DNA from: Hypanus sabinus
Lineage: Eukaryota
Direction: 5' to 3'
DNA: 64,000 nt
Assembly: GCF_030144855.1 (NCBI RefSeq)
Contig: NC_082731.1
Span: 28,892,001 to 28,956,000 of the forward strand
In this document: one piece after another, positions 38,150-52,453 of the stretch
Numbering within the stretch: the first letter of the stretch is position 1
How the letters are laid out: every line of letters begins with the position of its first letter
Notes under the pieces: generated by a model
What the model saw: only the letters and a program-made list of their open reading frames with translations
What the model was told of the DNA's origin: nothing
The model's database searches: none
Position numbers and translations under genes: made by a program

Positions 38150-39760
38150 ATCTCTTTTTAATCTCTGCCCTCTTATCTTCTATAAGTACCCTCCCGTGTT
38201 GGACCCCCAACCCTGAGGAAAAACCTATGACTATCCACTAATCCCTACCCCTCATGATTTCACAACCTTGTCAGGTTGTCCCACATTCTCCTCTGCTCCA
38301 GATAATAAAGAATCAGTGTAGCTTACCTCATCCTATAACTCAGGCACTCTAGTCCAGGCAGCACCCTTGTACATCTGTTCTGTACCATTTCCAGCTTGAC
38401 AATGTCTTTGCTATATTAGAGTGACCAAAACTGTACACAATACTCCAAGTGCGGCCTCATCAATGATTTACATAACTGCCACATAACTTACCCCTCCTGA
38501 ACTCCATGCCCTGACTGATGAAGACCAGCATGGTAAACACCTTCTTCACCACCCTGTCATCTCCTCACAATCTCCATCAGCACTGTTGCACCACAAGACT
38601 GTGTGCTTAGCACCCTGTTACTGGGTTCAGATATGGCCCAAGTGTTGAGTGAGAGACAATGAAGCAGGTCGATACTCCACAGACTTTAATGTGAACAGTG
38701 TTAAAGGGAAAATAAAACAATAAGCTAGGCCAAACAAGGCTGTTAACTAAAACTCCCAAATGGAAAACGAAGCCTACATTGCGGCTGAAAAGAACATCTA
38801 AACATTAAGCGAATACCGCTAGACTTCAGAGTCAGTTTCTCAGTAAAGGGCAAATGCAAATAGGCAACAAAGTGTTGCTGTGCTCTGTCCAAGTCTTGAC
38901 AAGCACTACTATCATGATTAAATAATAATTAGCTAACATGTGCAGATTCACAAGCACAATTGCCGTATCTACTGTGCTGCTGAATCCACGTTTGTTACAT
39001 CCTGAACCTAGTGGTGTGGGTCCTGAGGCTCCTGTACATGTTTCCATAGAAGGGAGCATGACCTGGATGGAGTAGGTACTTGACGACTGATCTGCTTTCC
39101 TGTGACAGCACTCCTTGCAGATGTGCTCAATGGTGGGGAGGGCTTTTCCCACAATGGACCTAGTTGTATCGACTACTTTTTCCAGGCTTTTCTATTCAAG
39201 GGTATCAGTGTTCCCAAACTAGGCTATAATGCAACCAGTCAGTATTGTCTCCACAGCGCATCTAGAGAAGTTTGACAACATTCTAGATGACACTGACTTT
39301 TGGCAAACTTCTAAGATATTTCTAAGTCCATTGAGTCTTCTGTCATGATGCCCAGTATCTGATGCTCACCCTCTGAGCCTAAGAACCAGTCACAGAGCTA
39401 CTGACCATTTATGCTATCCCTTGAAAGAACATCCCCCTCAACAGTATCCAAAGACATGTACCTGTTAGTCAGGATAATGAACACAGGGGGCCTTAACACA
39501 GATTGCCTTCTCCCCTTCCTTCCCCATCTATCTCAGATGGGCACTTTATGTGTGATCACATCAGTAAAAGTGTCATCTCTGAAGCCCTCAGCTTCCCAAA
39601 TGAGACTAAGTTCCTGCAGGTTCAGACCCAGTTCCTTGACCCAGTATGCAAGGGTGAACTGTCCACAAATGTAAACCATGAGGTTCCCTGAATTCCCATA
39701 TCTTTTAGGAGGAGCATTCCACTGCCAAACCACTGTCCTGCATTGACTGAATCTAGGGCT
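38150..39760 (-). mobile_element. Mosaic of CR1 3' fragment, LTR-like insert (~38584-38830), Rex1-like 3' fragment and CR1 ORF1 fragment
   Basis: MGKALPTIEHI.KECCHRKA (Rex1-like), TGTTGCACC...ACATTAAAGTCTG LTR-like block, LQELSLIWEAEG (CR1 ORF1-like). Confidence 0.5.
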
Positions 39761-42700
39761 GTGGATGAATAACAAAATATAACTTTACCTGTGCCTTCTT
39801 AGTGAAGCCATTTTAGAAAAATGTTCTCATTCCCCAAATCTGAGCCACTTACTCCACCTCTTTATACCAAAGGCTGTTGAGTCAAAGCCTCTGCTCTCTT
39901 CCAGTCTAGTGGCCCACTGGCACCATGGCAAATCTGCTTGATCCTGTTTTCTTGTATTGGCTCCTGTTAATTAGCTGTTATCTAATCAATTATTAACTTA
40001 CAAATTGCAAACATTACACTTTTGGAGCCTGTTTATTGAAACTCACCAGAAAGTCATGGAACCTACCTGCTTTAGTCTCTCTTGCCTCTTGCGCCAGGTC
40101 CCGGTTCCTGGTAAGTGAAACTCACCCAATTTCTTTCTGCATTTTGATCACTGATGATAACTGAGTGCTCCTCTGTAATCTGTATACCCAGAGAGATCAA
40201 GTTTACATGAATGCCTCGGATGAATTGTAGGACAGACTGATTGAGTTTGAGGAAGAGAAAGAAGACAGTATCCCCCAATTTCTGACAATGCAAGAGTGAA
40301 CAACAGAAAGCCATCAGACAATATTACATTTTCTGTACTGAATTAATGTAAATGCAAAGGAAAACTAAAGGAATTATACATCAAAATATTGTGGTAGTGA
40401 TGTTAGGATTAGCAAGGGACAGTTGATGCACTTACCTGGTGTCAACTTTCAACCAAGAGTCTGAAATGGACAGATGCTGTATTGGAAACACATGAACATT
40501 CTCAGTTCTTGGTTTTGGTGAGATGGCTGTGAGCGACCATGGCAGGGGTTAAGATGCCTATTCACATGTGTTAATAGTAACATCAGATAAACTCCACTTA
40601 TATCTGGCCACCCACCTTGTAATCAATGTCCTGTCACCAGCTTTACTGACTCTTTATACTACACACGAGTCCAACGTTGTACAATGACATCTATCAGTTA
40701 CGCCCACCATGTCCAACTTATTATCTATACATGAAAGAATGAGAACCTCCTTTCATACCACTCTCCAGAGTCCTTCCTGCACTACGTCGACTATCCAGTG
40801 CCCCACCTGCACTTCACCCACCATCCAGTCCTAATGTACAAACCGCATAGACATTAACACAATCACAATCACTATCAAGAGTGTCATTCCCATCAATGTT
40901 CCACCATTTATTCCAGCAGAGCATTGCCCTATCTACCCATCAGAGAGACAAAAAACAGTCAATCAGAGCCCAATGCCTGTCCCAGTGATACACACTGAAT
41001 ACAACCATAACCAATCTAGTGTCAATTCCACCATTGAACCAGATTCACATCCTTCCATTCTACTTGCCGAGAGGATTCCATTACATTGTTCCTCTGGGTC
41101 CACTGTAGTTGATTTGACGGTACCTTCACATCACTGTTTCCAAAGTGACCTTCTTTTACCTAAAATATGCCTTCTCCTCTACCATAGTTGGCCAAACTCT
41201 CAACCATGTCTTTTCCACTTACAGCACACCAGCTCTCTCTTCATTATCACCTTCCACTCATCAGCAGGTCCACAAGTTCCCACAATTCATTAATCATTCT
41301 CTGTCATTTCCATCACCTCCCACTTAATATCACTGACAAAACTTTCCTCCACTTCCATTTAACAATTGAATTAGATTATTTCTTCCACAATTCACCCTTC
41401 TGCATTGATCAGTTGTGTCTGCATAACTCTTGCTGACCTCACAACTTTTGGAGATCAAACAACTGCCTTTTAAACTTGTTCCCATCCCAATTCCCAGAGA
41501 TGTAAAGGTGTTTTTTACATGAATTCGACAGCCCACTCTGATCATCCTCACTTTGACAACTCAAAGTGAAGTTTGAAGAAAGACATCATATCTCTCAATT
41601 AAGCATATTATGGACCCTGTGTTTAAAAGATGACATAACAATCTCAGATAGCCAGCCATTCCAGTTTGTGACGGAACTGTCTAGCTGGTGGAGCATCCAG
41701 CAAAATGTAATATAAGCCCATTTTCTTTATCTCCACAGATGCTGTCTGACTGACCCTTCTCATTCCTATCGCCCTTTTCCACTCCTGGCTGCATTCCAGC
41801 CATTGACAGTTTCACTCACCACCACTCCCATCATGTGCTCTCTGACCTGTACATCCAGCTCAGATTGCTCATATCGGTTCTGTGCCTGCACCATATTCGT
41901 CCACAAACAAACACGGCTCAAACCACTGAATTTATCCAGCAGACTGCTTGTTGCCCCAGATTCCAGTGTCTGCAGTCTCCTATGTTTCCTGCTCACCCTT
42001 ATGTTAAAATTTCATTTCCTGCTGGCGTTTGGCTGGAATCTGTGTTGGAGTAAACCGTTAGTTTTTGATGGACTGTAGACTATGATCTCTCTTTAGGGGC
42101 TTTTCTTTTGTTTGTATGGTGGGTGGTGGGTATGCTGATGCTCTGTGCTGGAATAAGTGGGGGGGGGTTGATGTTCCTAGTGCGTGGGAGGGGACAGGGG
42201 GCTTTGGGATTCTTATGTTTTTTTTTCTGTCGTTCATTCTTTGGGGGGGTTCTTCTGTTTCGAAGATGTCTGCAGAGAATAAGAATTTCAGGGACTTCTC
42301 CTCCCGCTCACCGACATGTAAGTCACAGTCACTTTCTGTCCGCCTTTAACCTCTCCCGTACCCGACTTAAACTTTTGAAATTTCAACTTTATTCAGTCGG
42401 ATCTGTAGAGCAACAGTTATAATTTTGGCTACTTTAAGAGGGACCAGGCGAAATCCGGTCCCGGCCAACGAAAAGTCTGAAAAAGCTGACGAGTTCTTGG
42501 AAGAATCCTTTTGGGTGAAGAGATTAGAGTCTCAAATCAGCCGTATCGGCACTGAAATAACTCAACTAAAAGAGAAATTTGAAAAAAAAAATTGACTCTC
42601 TGAACCTCGATCTTAAAGAAATTAGTCGAACTGCGGCTGACCTTTTCTTCTCATTTGGAAAAGGCTCAACGACGAATCGTGGATCTGGAAGCTCGGTGAC

Positions 42701-44831
42701 GTCGGAATAATATTCGAATTGTTGGATTAAAAGAGAAATCAGAATCTGCCGACACACTGGATTATTTTGCTAAAATGTTTCACTCTTTATTTCCGGAGGT
42801 TTGTTTGCAACCCCCGGACATTGAAATGGCTCATAGAACCGGTGTTTTAAAAGTTTTGGATGAAGGTGAAAAGAGGCATATTGTTGTGCGTTTTCTCCGT
42901 TTTCGAGACAAAGACCGCATTATTAAGCTTACAAGAAAACAAAGGTTGTTTCAATTTCAAGGTTCGGAGATTCTCTTATTTGAAGATTTTCGACGCGAAA
43001 TTGTCAAGAAGCGTGCTGGATTCTTCTTGGCTATGAGACCAGCGTATCAAAAAAAGCTTTTCTCATCATTACAATAACCAGCCAAATTAAAGCTTTTTGT
43101 CAAAAATTCTGGAACTCGTATTTTTGATGATCCAGCCGAAGCATTGCGTTTTATTAACTCTTTGTCTGACGAGTCTAATGAAGAGTCTGAAGCTTGAAGT
43201 TTGAATGATCCACAACAGTGTGATTGTCTTGTGGTGTAAAGAGTGGTGAAATTGGAAGGTTTGATGGTTATAGAAAATCTTTACCTTAAAATGTATTTTT
43301 ATCTCTGAAAAAGACTGGTTTGGATGGTTTTGACCTCAGAAGACATAGCCGGAGAATTGTTGAAAGATGATAGATAATTTTGAACCTTCTAGAATTTTTT
43401 CTCTGCAGCATTTAAATGAACTAACTGTTTATTTTTTGCTCCGTATGCACTTGTAAAGATTTTTTTAAGTATTTACTTGGATTTTTTTACGTTGTAAAGA
43501 TAGATTGGATAATTTAAAGATGGCGATTGTTTTTCTTTAGTGTAGATATTTCAAGAATTGTTTTGGATGTGTTTTTCTTTCCTTATCTAATATTATAAAG
43601 GTTACTTTCAAAATTGATGGTCGTTTTGTTCTACAAGAAAACACTGTTCCTTCCAATTTAATTATTTTGCGACTCATGACGACTGTAATAAATTTTATGT
43701 TCGGTAGCGGGAGACAGAGATTCCTTTTTTATTTTTTTATTATTGTTTAGGTAGGTGGAGTTTATTATCGCTTCTTTACTTTTCTTGGGGCTTGCATCGA
43801 CTGATATCGACTTATTTCTGGGCTTTGTAGTTTGGGTGTTTTTTTCTTCTCTTTTTATCCTCATTATGGAATCCTGGAGCATACACAAATTATTATTATT
43901 GTTGTTCATCTCCGCCATTTTTGACTAACTTATCCTGACATGCGTCTAAATACTCTTTTTATATACAAATCTCATGATGATATCTAAACAGTTAAATGTT
44001 TAAAGTTGGAATGTCCATGGTTGGAATCATCCTATAAAGCGTAAGAAAACATTTAAAATTATTAACCAATTCCAACCTGATATAATCTTTGCTCAAGAGA
44101 TGTATATCAGGTTATGTGATAAGAATCTATTTTTAAAATCTTGGCAGGATCCCCAGTTTCATTCAAACTCTCAGAGTAAAATTAGAGCTGTTTCTATTTT
44201 TATTGATTCCAATATCCCTTTTAATCAGAGGACATTATAGCTGATATTAATGGTAGAGTTTTGATTGTTAAAGGATTAATTTATAATAGGAAAACTGTTT
44301 CGGTTAATATTTATGGACTAAATGTTGATGATCCCTCATTTTTAAAGCTTTCTTTGCTTTGTTACCTGATTTAAATGAATATATGTTATTAACGGGTGGT
44401 GATTTAATACTTGTTTAAATCCTTTAATGGATAAGTCATCACCCAAACATCAACTCCCTAATCATTTTGCATCACTTATTAATTCCTATTTAATTGATCA
44501 TGGTCTAATTGAAGCATGGAGGCATATACATCCTAATGATAGAGAATACTCTTTTTTCTCATCTGTTCATAATACATATTCGAGAATCGACTATTTTATA
44601 GTTGACCCTCGACTTCTATTTAATGTTCAGAAATGTGAGTATGATGCAATTGTTATCTCTGATCATGCTCCTTTAAATCTAATATTTGAACTGAAAGATG
44701 TTGTTCCTACCAGACCATTTTGGCTTTTTCTAGAACACTTGTTACAAAGTTCAGAATTTGTTGAGTTTATTGAAACTCAGATAAAAGAGTTTTTTTTTTC
44801 TTCTGAATAATACAGGAAATATCTCAAAGTC

Positions 44832-45073
44832 CAAACACGAGGAAATCTGCAGATGCTGGAAATTCAAACAACAACACACACAAAATGCTGGTAGTACACA
44901 GCAGGCCAGGCAGCATCGAAAGGGAGAAGCGCTGTCGACGTTTCGGGCCAAGACCCTTTGTCAGGATTGACTGAGTCCTGACGAAGGGTCTCGGCCTGAA
45001 ACGTCGACAGCTCTTCTCCCTATCGATGCTGCCTGGCCTGCTGTGTTCTACCAGCAATTTGTGTGTGTTAACG
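44832..45073. mobile_element. 242-bp foldback element with inverted Penelope-type hammerhead motifs
   Basis: 10-bp TSD TCTCAAAGTC (44822-44831, 45074-45083). Inverted arms of ~96 bp (44873-44968 / 44974-45070) around a 5-nt loop. Confidence 0.8.
44975..45008 (+). ncRNA. Putative minimal type I hammerhead ribozyme
   Basis: GTC-CTGACGA-AGG(GTCTCGG)CCT-GAA-ACGT-C-GAC: core CUGANGA/GAAA, 3-bp stem II, palindromic loopless stem III (ACGT), GUC cleavage triplet and 3-bp stem I. Confidence 0.55.
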
Positions 45074-45615
45074 TCTCAAAGTCAGTGATTTGGGATACAT
45101 TAAAAGTCTATTTACTTGGTCAGATTATTTCGTATATAGCTAAACTGAAGAAACAAACAAGAATAGAACTAGGTAAGATCTCTAAGGAAATCAAAGAATT
45201 AGGTAACATTAATGCAATCTCTCCAAATGTTGTGTCATTTAAAAGAACAGTAGAATTACAATCACAATATAATGCATTATTACCATATCCTATTGAAGGA
45301 TATTTGCTTAAATTGAAAAGTCAATTTTATATTTTTGGGGATAAAAATAATAAGCTCTTAGCTTCCCAATTAAGAGCAGCCAGAACTAAAAGGCAAATTT
45401 TAAAGATTCGTAAAAAATAATGATATAGCAAGTAACCATGAAGACATTAATAATATTTTTCAAGATTTTTATTCTTGTCTTTATAGATCTCAATCTCCTC
45501 CAGATTCCTCCAAAATTAAGGCTTTTTTTTACATAAGATTAAATTTCCTCAAATTTCTGCTGAAGATCAACAGATGCTTGATGATCCAATTACCGAGCAT
45601 GAAATTCAGAAAGCT

Positions 45616-48600
45616 GGTTTCTAGTGACGTCATCGTCGAGAATGGCAGCTTAAGTCACTAGCTCCTCTGGAAAAACGTGTATTAAGCCCCATTAACCCGA
45701 CAAATATAATATTTTTCGAAAAATATTTGAAGTGAAAAGAGGGGCAAGAATGGGGAGAGGAAATGGAAATGAAAAAAGCGACACTACGGAGCCTGCGTCC
45801 GGGAGGAGTGCAGCGAGCGGCTCTCCTACCCGACCGCGTGCTAGCCAGGCGGCCGCCGGGCCTCGTTCAGTCGAAGCGGCGAATATGATAGAAGCCCTGA
45901 AAGAAATAATGGAGGTCCAGAAAGATATAAAGCAGCAGCTCCATGATATTAAGGCAGTGCTTGCCAGCGTCAATCAAAAAATAGCGGTGGCAGAGACTCG
46001 CATTGAGAAGGTGGAAGTTCACGTTCAAAATGTGGAACTGATACTGAGCAAGACAGTAAAAATCATACATCACCAAGAAGGTAAACTGCTTGATCTGGAG
46101 GGAAGATCACGGCGGAAAAGTATCAGAATCTACAACGTTCCTGAAGGAGCGAAGGGCCCGTCCATGACGGAGTTTGTCGGAAAGTTACTGCGTTACAGCG
46201 GGACGCGCCGGAGCTTTCCCCGACTTTGAAGCTGGAAATCGAGAGGACGTACCGCGCGCTCGTCAAAAAACCTACCCAGGATAGAAAGCCATGCGCAATT
46301 ATAATCGGTACAGCACCAAGGCGGAGATTCTACGAAAGGCCTGGGGTAAGAAGAGAGTGTTTTACGACGATAAATTCATATATTTCGACCAAGATTACCC
46401 CCCCCCCTCCTCGCGGTCCTCCAGAAATGCAAAGAATACTCCGAAGTAAAGCGAGTATTAAAGCAAAATAAGATTAGATTTCAAACTCTGTACCCTGCTA
46501 AACTTCGAGTGTTTTATGACAACGGGATGCAGTTGTACCAGACAGTGGACTACAGACGTGAAGGCCACAGGTTTGCCCGTCAGCGTGACCAAAACTAAAG
46601 AAAGCCTGGCTGAGGAATTGTCCCTCTCAGCTTGGGAAATAGTGCAAGAAAGAAGAAGGCAGGAGATGGGAGGAAACCGAGAGAAACATATCAGGAAGAG
46701 ACCGGGAGTTTCCCAAAGACAGTCCTCACCCCCTTCAGAAGAGCTATAAGATTTGGCTAACTTTAAAAAATGTTGAGAAGCTAAACGGAAGCAAAAAGCA
46801 AATGGTGATATACCGATCTTGAGAAATAATTATTATAATGTGGATTTTATATTACTTAATTGTTACTCTTTATTCGCTCACTTACTCCTTTTTCCCCACC
46901 AAAATGAGAATATATATGTATATGTGCATATATGTGTAGGCGTGTAATGGGTGTGTGTGCATGTGTCTTTATATATGTATGTGTAAGTGTGTGTATATGT
47001 ATACGTGAGTATATATGTATGCATATATATATATATATATTTGTGTGTGTGTGAGCATGTGTGTGTGTGTGTGTATCTATATACATAGGAGGAGTACACA
47101 GGGAAATCTTTTCTTTGTAATGGATTTGTTCACTGACTTTTATGAATACTGCAATGGGGGCCCTCAACTCACAAATAGGAGGGGCTATCCCCCACAGCTA
47201 GGCATTCCCTCTAGCTCAACACAGGGTCATTTACCAGAGACCTCAGCCTTGGAATCACATGTTCATTGCCATTTTTGTTATTATTTGAGTTTCTTGGTTC
47301 TGATTTGTTCAGGGAGTAGTTCAATTAAGTTTTATTCTAATTTCAAGGAAACATTGACAGATAGATACAGATGGCTAAGGACAAGGTAAAATTCATTTCT
47401 TTTAATGTAAATGGGCTATTAAATCCAATCAAACATAAGATAATTTTATGCAAAATGAAAACAGGACAAGCCCATGTAGTATATTTACAGGAAACTCATT
47501 TAAGTGATAATGAGCATAAAAAACTAAAGAGAATGGGCTTCACTAATTTGTTTTTCTCCTCATATAAATCAGGACATAGGAGAGGAGTTGAATTGAATAT
47601 ATAAGCACCCCAGGGAAGTGATGTTTGTTTCTTTCAGAAAATTACTGATATTATGCTAATGGAAACAGAAGGTCTCCTGATATGTCGGGGAGACTTAAAT
47701 TTACAATTACAACCAAACTTAGACTCTTCTGATTGAAAAACCTATGAAACAAAATCTTTACATAAGAAAGTTAATACATTTTTTGAGGATGTTGGTTTAA
47801 CTGATATGTGGTGGGACCTTTGCCCTGACAGAAGGGATTACAGTCATCATTCTGCTCCCCATTCTGTATATACAAGAATAAACTATTTCAGAACATTTGG
47901 AAAAGACAAAGACAAAATAAACACCTGTGGAATTGGGTCAGTAGATGTAAGAGACCATGCACCTGTATATTTATCTGTTGATTTTGACCTACAGCCAAAG
48001 AATACTATTTGGAAACTAAATTCAAGTCCACTCAATGATCCGTACTTTAAGGAACAAATTAAAAAAGAAATTGGTCTCTACTTAGAATTTAATGATAATG
48101 GAGAATTTAATTTTATGGGATACTCTGAAGGCTGTCTTAAGAGGGTCAGTTATAGCGATATCTTCATATAAGAAAAAAATAAGGAATAAAACATTAGAGG
48201 AATTACAAAATAGGCTGAAGGAACTAGAGAAAGAACACAAATTGAATTTGGCACAGGATACATTCCTGTAATTTGGATTAGGGGAAATTAAAAAGAATTA
48301 GGAATGAAATAAATAATTCGGCTATGCAAGAAATCAGGAAAAACTTAATGTTTCTGAAACAGAGACATTGTGAAAGTGGATTGAAATCTATGAAAATACT
48401 GGCGTGGAAATTGAAAAAAAGATATCAGAAAATACAATTCATAGAATTAGGGACCCAAGAACGAAAATGATAAAAAAATAAGCTAAGTGAAATTCAAGAA
48501 CCTTTTGAAGTGTTTTACAAAACGCTATATTCCAAAGTTCCAGGGGGAAGCATAACCCAAATTGACACCTCCTTGAATTCTCTAGAGTTACCCACTTTAA

Positions 48601-51276
48601 GTGAAGAAGAAAACAGAAAGATGACTGCTGACATAACTGAAGTTGAATTAAATGTTGCAATTAGTAAGCTTAAATTAAGCAAGTCACCAGGATCAGATGG
48701 GTATATAGCAGAGTGGTACAAAGAATTTAAAAATGAGTTAATTCCTGTTTTACTCCCCACACTGAACTGGGCTCTAGAAAAGGTACAAATGTCACCCAGT
48801 TGGAAGGAAGCAATAATCTCAGCTATACCAAAAGAAGGCAAGGCTAAAATGGAATGCGGGTCACTTAGACCAATATCTGTTCTTAATGTAGATTATAGGT
48901 TATTTACCTCCATCATGGCCAAACGATTAGAGGAGTTTCTACCCATACTGATACATAATGATCAGACAGGTTTTATACAACAACGTCAGGCACAAGACAA
49001 TATACGAAGGACACCTCACATTATGAATCATATACAAAAAAATAAAATCGAAGCAATAGTGATAAGTGTGGACTCTGAAAAGGCATTTGATCTGGCAAAT
49101 TGAAATTTTCTTTACAGAGTTCTCCATATATTTGGTTTCCAAGACACAATTATTAAAAAAAAATACAGACACTATATGACAATCCTACTGCTAGGATTAA
49201 AATCAATGGATATTTATCAAATAGTCTTACACTAGAAAGGGGCATGAGACAGGGTTGTGCATGGTCACCACTACTCTTTGTGCTATATCTGAAACCATTA
49301 GCTCAATACATCAGACAAAATGAAGATATCAGGGACGGATACTTTACTATTAAAGGGACGGAGCATAAATTGGCTTGTTATGCACATGACATTTTGATCT
49401 ATCTCGGGAAACCAACATACTCTTTACCTAAATTGATGTAATCATTTGAACAATATGTTCAATTATCAGGATACAAGATCAACATAGATAAAACCCAATT
49501 ACTTTCATGTTACTATAGCCCACCAAGAGAAATTGAAAGTCAATACCCCTGGGCATGGCACACAGAGTCTTTCAAATACTTGGACATCATTATGCCAAAA
49601 GATTTGACAAAATTATCAGAATGTAATTATCAGCCTCTATATAAAAAATTAAGGAAAATGTGGCAAGATGGAGCCTGATTCCGTTTTTCAGTCTCAGTTC
49701 AAGGATTGAGTCTATTAAAATGAATATACTGCCCAGACTGTTATATCTCTTTCAGATCCTACCAATAGAGATTAATCAACATCAATTTAACGAATGGAAC
49801 AAGATGCTATCAAGGTATATTTGGCAGGGTAAAAGGCCTAGAGTCCACCTCAAAACTTTGCAATTAGCAAAGAAAAAATTCTTAGAGAATATTATTTTGC
49901 AGCACAGTTGAGAGCTGTGATATGTTGCTGCAACCCATCATATGACGCTCTATGGAAAAACACTGAGGAGCAGGTACTTCCCATCCCCATACAAGCAATT
50001 TTGGCTGATAACAACCTGCAAAGGTACATAAATACTATTGAGAACCCATGGGTGAAATTGACTCTTAAAATATGGAAAACCACTATAAAAGAATATAATC
50101 TAGACGGAGATATTGCAATTCTTAAATGGTGTGCATATGACTCTGATTTTACACCTAATAAATTGGATGCAAGATTTAAGGACTCGACACCTAAAGGAAT
50201 AGCAGTTCTTTGCAACATAATGAAAGAAGGAACACTGTTCAGTTTTGAAATGCTTAAAGAGAAACACTTATTAGAAAAACAAGATTTTTATTGATATTTA
50301 CAGATGCGACAAAATGTTAATAAGACACTTAAAAATGTAACCAGGGCAAGTTCATGCTTGATAGAGCTATTTAGAAAAGCATATAATTCAGATAATGGTA
50401 GTAGAATCATTTCAAGCGTGTATAAGGGGTTGTCAAATCTTAAAACACATTCGACTTCATACATTAAAACAAAATGGGAGAAGGAAGGAGGGATAATTAT
50501 ATCTGAGGAAGAATGGACAACAATATGGAGATATCAATGGAAGTGTACCAATTCACAGAAATAGAGGGAGTTTGGATGGAAAAACTTGTTGATATTTTAT
50601 TACACCCTCTCAGAAATCCCATTATGATAGTAAGCTCCCTGTTTGCTGGAGAAATTGTGGAAATCAAAATTCAAATCATTATCACATTTTTTGGGACTGC
50701 CCTGTTATCAAAAACTATTGGAGGGGGATACACAATGCCCTACAAGACATCTTTAAATGTGAAATACCCTTGGAGAGTAAGACCATATATTTTGGATATA
50801 TACCTCAAGAATGGTTGAAAAGAGATAAATATTTAATGAATATACTGTTGGTGGCTGGTAAAAAGACCCTTACTAGGAAATGATTATCACAGGAGAGTCC
50901 GACTTTAAATACATGGATGGAAATTACAATGGACATTTACAAAATGGAGAAGATAACAACATCTGTTAATCATAAGCTGGAACAATTTGATTCATTCTGG
51001 GAAAAATGGTATAACTACATAATGCCTCATAGGTCTGATTTTATTCTCACAATCAATGAATCTGTTGTAAAAAAAAGATTACTCCCTACTTGTACATAGT
51101 TCTTTCCTTTTGCTTGTTTTTTTTCTTTCCACTCTTTTCTATAAGTGTATACCCCAGATAAATACTTTGTGGAGATTTTGTGGTATGTATGATTATATGA
51201 TATATATGTACAATGTCTGAAATACATCTTATGGAAATGTTTGATGAACTTCAATAAAAAAAATTACAAAAAAAAA
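45616..51276 (+). mobile_element. Full-length younger L1 (5.66 kb) with ORF1, inter-ORF spacer and ORF2, now disrupted
   Basis: 15-bp TSD GAAATTCAGAAAGCT (45601-45615, 51277-51291); CpG-rich 5' UTR; ORF1 LDLEGRSRRKSIRIYNVPEG; ORF2 from 47371 (ISFNVNGL, YLQETHL, KSPGSDG, RPISVLNVD, DQTGFI, RQGCAWSP); AATAAA and A-tail at 51253-51276. Confidence 0.92.
46900..47080. repeat. Compound (TA/TG)n microsatellite in the L1 inter-ORF spacer
   Basis: Direct reading of ATATATATATAT and GTGTGTGTGT tracts. Confidence 0.9.
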
Positions 51277-52453
51277 GAAATTCAGAAAGCTTTTTTGTTA
51301 ATGCAGTCAGGTAAAGCTCCTGGACTTGATGGTTATTCGGTAGGATTTTACAAAAAAGCTTGTAAGATTACTTTCTCAGTATCTTGTGGAAATATTTCAT
51401 GAATCCTTTGAGAAGGGTAGTTTAACTTCTTCCTTTTATGAAGCATCTATTTCCTTAATCCTGAAGAAAGATAAAAATCCTACTGAGTGTTCATCATACA
51501 GACCTATTTCCCTATTCAATGTGGATGCAAAAATTCTCTCTAAAATAATGGCCAACCACTTGGAAAATACATTAACTAAAATCATCTCTATGGATCAAAC
51601 GGGCTTTATTAAAGACCATTACTCTTTCTCTAATGTTCAGACATTGATGAATATTATATACTCACCAATATCTAAGCAACCTCAATGTGTTACCTCTCTC
51701 GACGCAGAAAAGCATTTGTTAGGGTTGAGTGGCCATATTTGTTTAAAGTATTAGAAAAATTTGGTTTTGGTAATAATTTTAATAGCTGGATTCCAATGAT
51801 TTATTACAATCCTATTACCACGGTTATTACTAATAATTTCAGGTCCTCTTTTTCTCGCTTTCTCGTGGTTCTAGACCGGGATGTCCATTAAGCCCTTTAT
51901 TATTTAATCTTGTATTGGAGCCTTTGGCTATAACTACGTGAAGCCAAAAATATTCATGGTATCTGGATGAATGGAACCATGCATAAGATTAACCTTTGTG
52001 GAGATGATCTTTTGGTGTTTATTTTGAATCCTGAGGAATCAATTCCTAATCTTTTGGAAACACTAAAAAACTTTGGTAAATTTTCAGGGTATAAACTTAC
52101 CTTGAATAAAAGTGAATTGTTCCCATTAAATGCCCCTGTTTTTATATATAATGATACTCATTTTGGAATTGTTAGTACTTTTAAATATTTAGGTATTATA
52201 ATCACTAAAAAAATAAAGATCTTTATAAAGCCAATGGACTTTAATGGACTCCATGAAACAATTATTTATAGATGGAATCCCCTTACTCTCTCTTTAATAA
52301 GTCATATCCTTGCTGTGAAAATGATGATTTTTCCTAGGCTTTTATATATTTTCCAAAATATACCTATCATTTTAACTAAAAATTTTTTGGATCAAACTGA
52401 CTCTCTTATGTCTTACTCTATTTGGAACAATAAAAGACCAAGAATTAATAAGT

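Noticed and set aside
40600-41560. Possible Penelope-like RT/GIY-YIG remnant
   Set aside because: Too degraded to identify diagnostic motifs by eye.
46856-47389. HT/YI-rich ORFs
   Set aside because: Translations of a (TA/TG)n microsatellite.
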